A stretch of DNA of 64,000 bases. It comes from Bacteroidales bacterium (lineage in GTDB: Bacteria > Bacteroidota > Bacteroidia > Bacteroidales > UBA932). Location: positions 96,084 to 160,083 of the forward strand of contig JAFWSX010000006.1 of assembly GCA_017519185.1 (NCBI GenBank), given 5' to 3'. This document shows positions 8,076-16,683 of the stretch, piece after piece (within the stretch, counting starts at the first letter, position 1; each line of letters starts with the position of its first letter). The position numbers and the translations under genes are program-made. The notes under the pieces are model-generated. The model was given only the letters and a program-made list of their open reading frames with translations. It was not told where the DNA came from and did no database searches.

Positions 8076-9719
8076 CTATTTATACATAAATCTCTTGATG
8101 CTCATCTTCGGAGTCTTGGCGAAAGGTTCGCTGACCAGTTCAACTTTGGCAATCTGGCTGTAGCCTGGAAGTACGCGGTTGGTGGCAACCCTGATCTTCT
8201 CGGGGATTCCCGATACGGCCTCTGAATCGAGGGCATCCTTCTTGATGGCGTCCTGGTCGAGATAGACGAGTGCCACTATCTTGCCGCTGCGGTCCACTAC
8301 AACGCTCTCGGCGACGTAAGGCTGGTTGTTGATGATGGCCTCGAGTTCTTCAGGATAGATGTTCTGGCCGTTTGCACTCAGGATCATGCTCTTGCTGCGA
8401 CCCTTGATGAAGATGTTGCCGTCCTTGTCCATTATGCCGAGGTCTCCGGTGCGGAGGAATCCGTCCTCGGTGAAGGCATTGGCCGATGCTTCTGGATTCT
8501 TGAAATATCCGATGCAGATGTTCTCGCCTTTGGCCTGGATTTCACCGGCAATGTGCTGGGGGTCTTCCGAGTCGATGCGGACCGTAGCGCAGTCTACGGC
8601 TTTGCCGCAGGAACCGGCGACATATTTGGTCCAGTGCTCATATGCAAGCAGAGGGCAGGCTTCTGTCATACCATATCCTACCAGATAAGGGAATTTGATC
8701 CGCTTGAAGAGTTTCTCGACCTCGGGGTTGAGGGCAGCACCGCCCATTATGAACTCCTGAACGTTGCCGCCAAAAGCAGCAACCATACCGTCTTTGACTT
8801 TTTTGTAGATGATGTTGTTCAGTCCAGGGATCTTGGTGAGGACCTTGACGACGGGCTTGTCGAGGGTGGGTTTCACCTTGCTCTTGTAGATCTTCTCCAT
8901 CACGAGGGGAACAGTGATGAGCAGATAGGGTTTCACCTCGGCAAAAGCCTTGAGCAGGGTGGCGGGAGTCGGAGCCTTTCCAAGCCAGTAGATGCCTGTG
9001 CCGTTGCAGAGAGGATAGATGAACTCGATCACCAGGCCGTACATATGTGCCATCGGGAGCATCGAAACCATCTTGTCTCCTGCGGGTACGTGCCTTTGGC
9101 TGTAGTCGACGTTGGCGCTGAAGTTCCGGTAGGTGAGCATAACACCCTTGGGATCTCCTGTTGAACCGGAAGTGTAGCTGATGGTCGACAGGTTGTCCCA
9201 GTTGTCGGTAGGAAAAACGACGTTGTCGGGGCCGTAGCCGCCTTTCCATTTTGCTTCGAAGAGGGCGTCCATAGTCTCGTATGCCTTTCTGGTCTTTTCG
9301 TCTTTTGCCCAGAGACAGCTCCAGTTGTCTACGTCGATCGCGATGCGCAGCTGCGGCATCTTGTCGAGTTTCATCTTTTTCCACTTGGCTTCGTTGGTGA
9401 AGAGGGCGATGCTCTCAGAATGGTCAACGAGGAAAGAGGCACTTTCAGGAGTGAAGTCAGCCAGCAGGGGCACTATTACAGTCTCATAGGTGTTGACGGC
9501 CATATAGACCATACCCCAGCGTGCGCCGTTGCCGGAATAGAGGGCGATTTTCTCGCCTTTCTTGAATCCGAGTGCGTCAAATGCAAGATGGAACTTCTCA
9601 ATCTGGGTGGCCATCTGGCCATAAGTGAAAGATTCGCCGCCGATTGTGTTCAGCGCGACCTTGTTCCAGTATTTGCGGGTTGCGTCCTGGAGCCTTTGAA
9701 GATAGTGGGGATATGCCAT
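8076..9719 (-). CDS. AMP-dependent long-chain fatty acid--CoA ligase family protein
   Basis: AMP-binding signature ISYTSGSTGDPKGVML, plus GYGMTE and the C-terminal GDLG...G.I.I.GR motifs. The start was moved to ATG 9717-9719 (MAYPHYLQ). Confidence 0.9.
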   Translation of the reverse strand: MAYPHYLQRLQDATRKYWNKVALNTIGGESFTYGQMATQIEKFHLAFDALGFKKGEKIALYSGNGARWGMVYMAVNTYETVIVPLLADFTPESASFLVDHSESIALFTNEAKWKKMKLDKMPQLRIAIDVDNWSCLWAKDEKTRKAYETMDALFEAKWKGGYGPDNVVFPTDNWDNLSTISYTSGSTGDPKGVMLTYRNFSANVDYSQRHVPAGDKMVSMLPMAHMYGLVIEFIYPLCNGTGIYWLGKAPTPATLLKAFAEVKPYLLITVPLVMEKIYKSKVKPTLDKPVVKVLTKIPGLNNIIYKKVKDGMVAAFGGNVQEFIMGGAALNPEVEKLFKRIKFPYLVGYGMTEACPLLAYEHWTKYVAGSCGKAVDCATVRIDSEDPQHIAGEIQAKGENICIGYFKNPEASANAFTEDGFLRTGDLGIMDKDGNIFIKGRSKSMILSANGQNIYPEELEAIINNQPYVAESVVVDRSGKIVALVYLDQDAIKKDALDSEAVSGIPEKIRVATNRVLPGYSQIAKVELVSEPFAKTPKMSIKRFMYK

Positions 9720-9747
9720 GATTCTTTTTTTTTCGATATTGTGGCGG

Positions 9748-9755
9748 CAAATGTA
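9748..9755 (-). promoter_or_regulatory. -7 box TACATTTG (minus strand) for the acyl-CoA ligase gene
   Basis: Matches TAnnTTTG, 28 nt upstream of ATG 9719. Confidence 0.45.
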
Positions 9756-9825
9756 CCGGAGCATATACTATAAATAAAATAAATGTGATTAATGTGGCCT
9801 ATATTTGACGAAAAAGAGTAATTGA

Positions 9826-9887
9826 GTGACAAAAAGTCTATATTTGTGACAAAAATCAAGAAAGGCGAATTTCGTCACAACGTCACA
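9826..9887. promoter_or_regulatory. GTGAC-core repeat array (candidate operator)
   Basis: GTGACAAAAA occurs at 9826-9835 and 9846-9855, an exact 20-bp period. GTCACA occurs at 9874-9879 and 9882-9887, which is TGTGAC on the other strand. Confidence 0.4.
9839..9846 (+). promoter_or_regulatory. -7 box TATATTTG for the LytTR-yfhO unit
   Basis: Matches TAnnTTTG, 57 nt upstream of ATG 9904. A second copy, CTATATTTG, lies at 9799-9807. Confidence 0.45.
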
Positions 9888-9903
9888 CGACAGTACGGCA
9901 AGC

Positions 9904-10737
9904 ATGAAACCTAACAACCGTCTACTTGGCAAATACAGCAGTCAGCTATGGTATATCATACTGATTCCCTTGTTTTTCCTGGTATTTGTGATAGCCTACA
10001 ATCCTTTCAACATTGAAAGCAGCGAGCTCAGCCGCTACCCTGCGGTCTGGTCCGTGGAAAGCGGGCGATACCAGTTCAATATCGCTATGATAATGTGCAT
10101 CATATTGATGGTGCTGGTACTGTCCAGGACACTGCTTTACATATTGCGAAAGAGTCTGAGCAAGGACGGTGGAAATTACTTCGTCTGGATTTCCGGCGAG
10201 TTTCTCACTATGGCGCTTTTCACGGCATTGTACGTGTCGCTGATCACAAAAGGCGCCCTTTCTTATTTCAATGCGCTGCTTTATTCATTCATCTATCTTC
10301 TGGCAGTCTTGGTATATCCATATCTGGTGATTACTTTGTCCCAACTGCTCAAGTCAGCAAGTGCTTCGAAGGCTGCCGTCGTGGACGATACGGGAACCCG
10401 TATGCGCTTCTATGATGACAAGCACACGCTTAAGTTCGTAATCGCTGCTTCTGCCGTCCTCTATATAGAAGCGCAGGAAAATTATGTGCGCATCTACTAT
10501 ATTGACGCCGATCAGGTGAAAAGTTATCAGCTGAGGGCGACTATGAAGAAACTTGAAGAGAGCCTGTCGTCGAACGGACTAGTCCGTTGCCATCGATCTT
10601 ACTTCGTCAATCCCAAGCATATCCACGCCTTGCGCAAAGACAAGGATAATTATATTTACGCTGAAATCGACGACCTCGCGCATACTACGATTCCCATCAG
10701 CAAAAAGTATTACGACGAGGTGAGCGATCAGCTTTGA
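9904..10737 (+). CDS. Membrane-anchored LytTR-domain DNA-binding protein (about 4 TM helices, no receiver domain)
   Basis: 277 aa with four hydrophobic helices. The LytTR signature follows: VLYIEAQENYVRIYYIDADQVKSYQLRATMKKLEESLSSNGLVRCHRSYFVNPKHI. Confidence 0.85.
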   Translation: MKPNNRLLGKYSSQLWYIILIPLFFLVFVIAYNPFNIESSELSRYPAVWSVESGRYQFNIAMIMCIILMVLVLSRTLLYILRKSLSKDGGNYFVWISGEFLTMALFTALYVSLITKGALSYFNALLYSFIYLLAVLVYPYLVITLSQLLKSASASKAAVVDDTGTRMRFYDDKHTLKFVIAASAVLYIEAQENYVRIYYIDADQVKSYQLRATMKKLEESLSSNGLVRCHRSYFVNPKHIHALRKDKDNYIYAEIDDLAHTTIPISKKYYDEVSDQL

Positions 10738-10745
10738 TAATGATG

Positions 10746-10753
10746 TATATTTG
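10746..10753 (+). promoter_or_regulatory. -7 box TATATTTG directly before yfhO-like ATG
   Basis: Matches TAnnTTTG, only 5 nt upstream of ATG 10759. Confidence 0.35.
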
Positions 10754-10758
10754 CAATC

Positions 10759-13254
10759 ATGCTTAGAAAAATATTGCCCGATGTCATTGCCATAGTGGCA
10801 TTTGTCATCATATCTTTCGTCTACTTCTCACCTGCAGTCTTCCAGGGCCGCGTCCTTGCTGGAGATGACCACGTGGGAATGATCGGAGCCAACCAGGATG
10901 TAGTCGACTACAGAGATGCGACAGGAATATCTTCCCGCTGGACCAATTCCATATTCAGCGGCATGCCCAACTACCAGATGGCACCAAGCTATGATTCCCA
11001 GTTGCCTCTGAAGTTTATGGGAAAGGTCTACCATCTGTTCCTGCCGACCTACGTGTGGTATCTTTTCGTTCTTCTTCTGGGCTTCTACATAATGATGAGA
11101 GTTCTCGGCATGTCCGTTCTTCTTTCTGCGATGGGTGCCGTCATCTGGGCGTTTTCGTCATATTTCCTCATAATCATCGGTGCAGGGCACATCTGGAAGG
11201 TGACGGTGCTGGCATACGTTCCCCCGACCATAGCGGGCATTCTGCTTACATATCGGGGTAAATATCTTGTCGGAGGTCTTCTGGCCGCATTCTTCGCCGC
11301 ACTGCAGATATGCGCCAACCATATCCAGATGACTTACTATTTCCTTATCGTCATATTATTGCTTCTCGTTGCAGAAGCTGTGATGGCTGTTCGTGAAAAG
11401 CAGTTTCCGCGGTTCCTGAAAGCCACAGGAGTCTTGGCTATAGCCGCAATACTGGCAGTAGGGGTGAACATCTCTAACCTCTACCACACCTATGAGTACA
11501 GCAAGGAAAGTATGCGTAACGGAAGCGAACTGGTGAAGTCCGACAGCGAAAACCAGACTTCAGACGGTCTCGACAGGGATTATATCACTCAGTGGAGCTA
11601 TGGCGTCGGCGAGACCTTCTCTCTGCTGGTTCCGGATGTCAAGGGCGGCTCTTCCAGCATTCCTTTGAACAACCATAAGGCCGCCATCAGGAAGATTCCG
11701 GCTAACAACCGCCAGTATGTCGGACAGTTCGGCTCCTATTGGGGTGAGCAGCCTGGTACATCGGGCCCTGTGTATGTGGGTGCATTCGTTCTGTTCCTCT
11801 TCGTGCTAGGAATCTTCATAGTCAAGGGACCTGTGAAATGGGCTCTCGTGATAGCTACCGTATTGTCGATACTTCTCAGCTGGGGACATAACTTCATGTG
11901 GTTCACCAATCTGTTCATCGACCATTTCCCCCTCTACAGCAAGTTCAGGACGGTTTCATCGATACTCGTGATCGCTGAATTCACTATACCTTTCCTGGCC
12001 GTACTGGCCCTGAAGCAGATCATAGACGATCCGACGGTCATCAAGCGCCGCAAGGCAGCCTTCTGGGGCAGCGCCGCCCTGACCGGCGGTCTGGCTCTGC
12101 TGTTTGCCGTGATGCCCAGGCTATTCTTCCCGAGCTATGTTTCAAGTGCGGAACTGTCAGCTCTCAATACGCTCGACGAGCAGTCCCGGCTTATGCTGAC
12201 AGGCCTGATGGAAGATGTGCGTGTTTCGATTTTCACTGCCGATGCCTGGCGCAGTTTCGCAATAGTGGCAGTTGGAGTGGCTCTCCTGATGCTTTTCCGT
12301 GCAGGCAAGCTCAAGGCTAACGTTACAGTAGCCCTCTGTGCGGTTCTTTGTTTCGTGGATCTCTGGAGTGTCGACAAACGCTACCTCAACGACAGCCATT
12401 TCATTACTCCCAAGGCTTTGAACAAAGTGGCTGAGAAATCTCCGGCCGACGAGTATATTCTCCGTGATAACGACCCTGATTACCGCGTGCTGAACCTTTC
12501 GGCAAATGTATTCAATGACAACACGACGTCATACTGGCACAAGAGCATAGGCGGCTACAGTGCAGTGAAGCTCCGCCGTTATCAGGAAATGATCGAGGAG
12601 CATATCACTCCTGAAATAATGACCCTCTACGACGAGGTCGGCAAGACGAACGGTGATCTGGGCGCTATAGACGTCGCCAAGCTGCCTGTCCTCAATATGC
12701 TCAACACCCGCTATATAGAGTTCCCTCTATCCAGCGGGGAGACAATGCCGCTGCCCAACCCGAATGCGCTTGGAAACGGATGGTTTGTGGACAAGGTGAT
12801 TCCGGTGGAGGACGCCAATGCGGAGATCAGTCTGCTGCACGAAATCAATCCTGGCGAAGTGGCAGTGGTGGACAAGTCGTTCATCGACGCGGTCGGCAAC
12901 GGGGGAGCGGAAGGTACGGTCACATTGACCGAGTATGCCCCGAACAGACTGGTGTATGAAACCAGCAGTGCAAGAGCGGGCACAGTGGTGTTCTCAGAGG
13001 TCTACTACCCTTCGTGGCAGGCGTTCATAGACGGCAATGAAGTTAAAGTCGGCCGAGCTGACTATATCCTCAGAGCCCTTGCAGTTCCCGCCGGACAGCA
13101 TAAGGTGGAATTCGTGTTCGACCCTGTTTCACTGAAACGCACGGAACGGTTTGCCGGAATGTCTTTCGGCATTATGGTGGCAGCTGCATTGGTGATTCTC
13201 GGAAGCGCAGCCGGACGCTATTTGAAGAGAAGGCGCACTGCGAACCAGGCGTGA
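10759..13254 (+). CDS. YfhO-family polytopic membrane protein (GT-C-type extracytoplasmic glycosyltransferase-like)
   Basis: 831 aa. The N-terminal ~450 aa hold many TM helices, followed by a large soluble domain and a final TM helix. This is the size and layout of the bacterial YfhO family. Confidence 0.8.
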   Translation: MLRKILPDVIAIVAFVIISFVYFSPAVFQGRVLAGDDHVGMIGANQDVVDYRDATGISSRWTNSIFSGMPNYQMAPSYDSQLPLKFMGKVYHLFLPTYVWYLFVLLLGFYIMMRVLGMSVLLSAMGAVIWAFSSYFLIIIGAGHIWKVTVLAYVPPTIAGILLTYRGKYLVGGLLAAFFAALQICANHIQMTYYFLIVILLLLVAEAVMAVREKQFPRFLKATGVLAIAAILAVGVNISNLYHTYEYSKESMRNGSELVKSDSENQTSDGLDRDYITQWSYGVGETFSLLVPDVKGGSSSIPLNNHKAAIRKIPANNRQYVGQFGSYWGEQPGTSGPVYVGAFVLFLFVLGIFIVKGPVKWALVIATVLSILLSWGHNFMWFTNLFIDHFPLYSKFRTVSSILVIAEFTIPFLAVLALKQIIDDPTVIKRRKAAFWGSAALTGGLALLFAVMPRLFFPSYVSSAELSALNTLDEQSRLMLTGLMEDVRVSIFTADAWRSFAIVAVGVALLMLFRAGKLKANVTVALCAVLCFVDLWSVDKRYLNDSHFITPKALNKVAEKSPADEYILRDNDPDYRVLNLSANVFNDNTTSYWHKSIGGYSAVKLRRYQEMIEEHITPEIMTLYDEVGKTNGDLGAIDVAKLPVLNMLNTRYIEFPLSSGETMPLPNPNALGNGWFVDKVIPVEDANAEISLLHEINPGEVAVVDKSFIDAVGNGGAEGTVTLTEYAPNRLVYETSSARAGTVVFSEVYYPSWQAFIDGNEVKVGRADYILRALAVPAGQHKVEFVFDPVSLKRTERFAGMSFGIMVAAALVILGSAAGRYLKRRRTANQA

Positions 13255-13952
13255 TGCATCAGAGTGCTCGGCAGGCCATAATATTTGCGCATGATTGCGA
13301 ATCGCTCCTTGAGTGAAGCCTTCCGGTTGTCTATGGTTACTCCGCTGCCGTCTTCAAGGTAGTCCGCAACTATAAGGTGAGTGTTGTGAAGCGTTTCAGC
13401 TTTCTTCATTACTCGGATGCACCAGTCTACATCTGCTGAAAAACGGTATTTCGTGTCATAGGGCTCTGCAAGGTCCCTGCGTGCGTAGAAAGCCTGGTGG
13501 CAAACCAGCATTCCGTTCTTGAAACTCTTCCAGTCGAGATGTTCAGGCGGGCTAAGCCTGCGCATTCCGTAGATTTCGCCAACCATATTGGTAAGAGCAG
13601 TGTTTCCGTAAATCACTCCGGGAAGTTTGTCCAGTTTCTGCACCTGGTCTGCTATCTGCTCCAGCGTAGTATCCTCGTGGAAGCGGTCACCTGCGTTCAT
13701 AAACAGCACATAGTCGCCTGTCGCCAGCCTGAGGCCCTTGTTCATCGCATCGTAGAGCCCCTTGTCAGGCTCGCTGACAAGGATGTCGACCTTGCCCCGG
13801 TAACGGCCTATGATTTCCATTGTGGAGTCCTTGGATGCACCGTCGATTATGATGTATTCCTTGTCGGTCCAACTCTGGCCGATGACGCTCCTCAGGGTGC
13901 GCTCTATCGTCGCAGCCGCATTGTAGCAGATTGTTATTACGGAGAATTTCAT
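13218..13952 (-). CDS. Glycosyltransferase family 2
   Basis: MKFSVITICYNAAATIERTLRSV...IIIDGASKDST...D.GLYDAMNKG is the GT2 (GT-A) nucleotide-sugar binding pattern. It has an ATGA overlap with the upstream GT4 gene. Confidence 0.9.
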   Translation of the reverse strand: MKFSVITICYNAAATIERTLRSVIGQSWTDKEYIIIDGASKDSTMEIIGRYRGKVDILVSEPDKGLYDAMNKGLRLATGDYVLFMNAGDRFHEDTTLEQIADQVQKLDKLPGVIYGNTALTNMVGEIYGMRRLSPPEHLDWKSFKNGMLVCHQAFYARRDLAEPYDTKYRFSADVDWCIRVMKKAETLHNTHLIVADYLEDGSGVTIDNRKASLKERFAIMRKYYGLPSTLMHHAWFAVRLLFK

Positions 13953-15181
13953 TTGAAGAGGGATATGTATTGCTGTGCCACTACTTTTTCTGAATAGCAG
14001 CTTACTGCTTTTTCACGGGCGTTGTGGCACAGGGCCTGGTAGTCCGCTTCGTTCAGAACCCAGTTGATTCCTCGGGCAAGGTCGTCGGCAGATTTGTATC
14101 TGGCCACATATCCGTTCGACAGATGGTCTATCATCTCAGGTATGCCGCCTATTTCGAAACCTACGCAAGGAACCCCGCAGGAAAGGGATTCCATTATCGT
14201 GTTGGGCAGATTTTCCTGAAGGGAGGGAGTTACGAACACGTCTGCCGCATTGTAGAAATCTGCGAGCGAACTGCCTCCGCCGACATAGCCCAGAGCGTGG
14301 GAGGGCAGGGCAAGTGTGGAGCCAAGCGCCTCTCCGTTCTTTCCGAGTATCAAGACTTCCATATCGTCGGCAGAGTTTTCCCTGAGAATCCTGCAGCAGT
14401 CCTGGAAGTACTTCATTCCCTTGCGGATGTCGGTGGTTTTGACGGAGCAGAACAAGATCAGTTTCTTGTCGGAAGGAAGGCCCAGCCTGTGCCTGGCTTC
14501 AGCCTTGTCCGAAGGAGCATAGGTCGCAGTGTCTATCGGGTTCGGGATGGAGACAACTTTGTGTCCCTCTGCAATCCTGCTCTTGCCGCAGAGGCCGGCC
14601 AGCCACTTGCTGCAGCCGACGAACGTAATGTCAGCCCGTTCGAGAATCCCGGCTTTCCGGTCGTAAGTGTCGCGGGCCAGGTCGCGGAAGCCCCGTTTCG
14701 GCAGCAGAGGGCAGTCGTGGCACTCTGCATTGTAGCGAATGCAGTTGTCGGCGTGATGGCATATGCCGGTGAACGGCCACATGTCGTGCATTGTCCAGAT
14801 GATCGGCTTCCCGCTGGCAACGATCTTTTCGAGTCCGTTGAGAGAGATAAACCCCTGGTTGATCCAGTGGAGATGGATTATGTCAGCTTTGCGGAATGCC
14901 TTTGTCCTTGTTATGTCGATGCCGGAATTGGCTATGTCCACATAGAATAGGTTGTCACGGCTGAAACCGTTGGCAGCCCAGATAGACGCCCGCTCTCTCA
15001 GGAAACACCATTTCTTGCGGATGGCACCGCCCACCGGAATAACTCCTTCGCCGCCGCCTTCCAGGTTGCGGACCATCATCCGGGCGTCCACCCCTTCGTT
15101 GCGGAGGGCCTTGAGAATGCGGCCGCAGGCTATGGCGGCGCCACCGGTTGTCTCGGAAGTATTTACAAGCAGGACGTTCAT
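13949..15181 (-). CDS. Glycosyltransferase family 4
   Basis: 410 aa. The N-terminus VLLVNTSETTGGAAIA and the C-terminal E(x7)E-type region (PSLQENLPNTIMESLSCGVP) are typical of GT-B/GT4. Confidence 0.88.
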   Translation of the reverse strand: MNVLLVNTSETTGGAAIACGRILKALRNEGVDARMMVRNLEGGGEGVIPVGGAIRKKWCFLRERASIWAANGFSRDNLFYVDIANSGIDITRTKAFRKADIIHLHWINQGFISLNGLEKIVASGKPIIWTMHDMWPFTGICHHADNCIRYNAECHDCPLLPKRGFRDLARDTYDRKAGILERADITFVGCSKWLAGLCGKSRIAEGHKVVSIPNPIDTATYAPSDKAEARHRLGLPSDKKLILFCSVKTTDIRKGMKYFQDCCRILRENSADDMEVLILGKNGEALGSTLALPSHALGYVGGGSSLADFYNAADVFVTPSLQENLPNTIMESLSCGVPCVGFEIGGIPEMIDHLSNGYVARYKSADDLARGINWVLNEADYQALCHNAREKAVSCYSEKVVAQQYISLFK

Positions 15182-15226
15182 TGCAGCACGTTGTCATACG
15201 AAGATAGCAATAATCCTTAAATTGTT

Positions 15227-15234
15227 TAAATTTG
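15227..15234 (+). promoter_or_regulatory. -7 box TAAATTTG before the flippase gene
   Basis: Matches TAnnTTTG, 6 nt upstream of ATG 15241. Confidence 0.35.
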
Positions 15235-15240
15235 TATGCT

Positions 15241-16683
15241 ATGGCTGGATCGGAACTGAAGACAAAGACTATCAGGGGACTCTTCTGGGGAGGCTTCAAC
15301 AGCGGTATGAAGCAGGTCATCAGTGCGCTGATCGGCATTGTCCTGCTGAGCAGGCTGACTCCGGGCGATTATGGCCTTGTCGGGATGCTTGCCATCTTCA
15401 CCGGTATCGCCAGCACGTTGCAGGAGGGAGGCTTCACCTCGGCTCTCGCCAACCGCAAGGAATTCAGCCACGATGACTTCAATGCAGTATTCTGGTTCAA
15501 CAACATCATAAGCATACTGATGTATGTGGTGCTGTGGTTCTGTGCCCCGTTCATCGCAGATTTCTACGACCAGCCCGAACTGGTAAGGATTTCCAGGGTT
15601 CTTTTCCTGGCCTTTGTGTTCAATGGTCTCTCGCTGTCTTTCAATGCCTATCTGTTCCGTTTCCTGATGGTGCGGGAGAAGGCGGCCATAGAGATTGTTT
15701 CCAGCATCATTGCCGGTCTTGCAGCCATTTTCCTCGCCATTAAGGGATACGGCTACTGGGCCCTGGTGGTAAATACGGTGCTGATGAGTTTCATCGCGTC
15801 GCTGTTGAGGATAATAATCGTACCGTGGCATCCGAGCTTCAAGCTGAATTTCCGTCCCGTGTGGGAGATGTTCGGCTTCAGCTTCAAGCTGGTCATAGCG
15901 TCGTTTGTCACCCAACTGCAGAACAACATCTTCTCGGTCGTGCTGGGCAGAGCTTACACTGAGAGGGAGGTTGGCTTCTACTCCCAGGGCAACAAATGGA
16001 CCGTTATGGGGCAGACTATGATATCCGGCACTGTCAATAGTGTGGCCCAGCCGACGATTGCAAGAGTCGCGGAAGATTCCGAAAGGAGTCTGAAGGTGTT
16101 CCGCAAGTTTATGAGACTGACTGCATGCCTGGTGTGTCCGGCTATGCTGGGACTTGCATTCATCTCGCCGCAGCTCATCTATATCATCAACCCAGAGTTT
16201 ATGCCGAGCGTTGCGGTTATGCAGTTTTGCAGTCTTGGCTGCATAGCCCTGTCTCTGTCAAATATGTATTCCCAGATGAACATCGCTCACGGACGCAGCG
16301 ACCTTAATCTGCTTATTACAGTTCTCGGCGCCGCGCTACAGATTGCGATGGCTTTTGTGGTGTACAGATACGGAATAAACGTGATCGCCCTGACAATAGC
16401 TGTGTGCAACTTCGTGATACTTGCAGCCTGGCATCTGATCAGCGGCCGGCACGTCGGATATACTGTCCTTATGCTGCTCAAGGATGTGCTGCCATATGCG
16501 GGGCTTGCGACCCTTGTGATCATCGTGGCATTTTTTGCTACGAAATTCATATTCAACGCCGCTGTTCTTCTTTTTGCAAAAATCGTCGTTGTGGCAGTGC
16601 TCTATATCGTAGCATTGAAGATTCTTGACTCGGCCATCTATCGTGAGGCGAGGGTTTTCATCAAGAGACACTGGCGCCGTTAG
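15241..16683 (+). CDS. MOP-superfamily (Wzx-like) oligosaccharide flippase
   Basis: About 480 aa with 12-14 TM helices and the N-terminal pattern KTIRGLFWGGFNSGMKQVISALIGIVLLSRLLTP-like. The track start at 15232 is a TTG; the first ATG is at 15241. Confidence 0.82.
   Translation: MAGSELKTKTIRGLFWGGFNSGMKQVISALIGIVLLSRLTPGDYGLVGMLAIFTGIASTLQEGGFTSALANRKEFSHDDFNAVFWFNNIISILMYVVLWFCAPFIADFYDQPELVRISRVLFLAFVFNGLSLSFNAYLFRFLMVREKAAIEIVSSIIAGLAAIFLAIKGYGYWALVVNTVLMSFIASLLRIIIVPWHPSFKLNFRPVWEMFGFSFKLVIASFVTQLQNNIFSVVLGRAYTEREVGFYSQGNKWTVMGQTMISGTVNSVAQPTIARVAEDSERSLKVFRKFMRLTACLVCPAMLGLAFISPQLIYIINPEFMPSVAVMQFCSLGCIALSLSNMYSQMNIAHGRSDLNLLITVLGAALQIAMAFVVYRYGINVIALTIAVCNFVILAAWHLISGRHVGYTVLMLLKDVLPYAGLATLVIIVAFFATKFIFNAAVLLFAKIVVVAVLYIVALKILDSAIYREARVFIKRHWRR

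Noticed and set aside
8553-9384. 203-aa (+) and 248-aa (-) alternative-frame ORFs inside the acyl-CoA ligase gene
   Set aside because: Shadow frames of a gene with clear AMP-binding motifs. The 248-aa frame is Arg/Gln-rich nonsense.
14024-14950. 308-aa plus-strand ORF
   Set aside because: Antisense to the GT4 gene, with no motifs. The GT4 reading frame carries the family signatures.
15226-15915. 229-aa minus-strand ORF
   Set aside because: Antisense to the Wzx-like flippase. It is hydrophilic His/Gln/Glu-rich shadow sequence.
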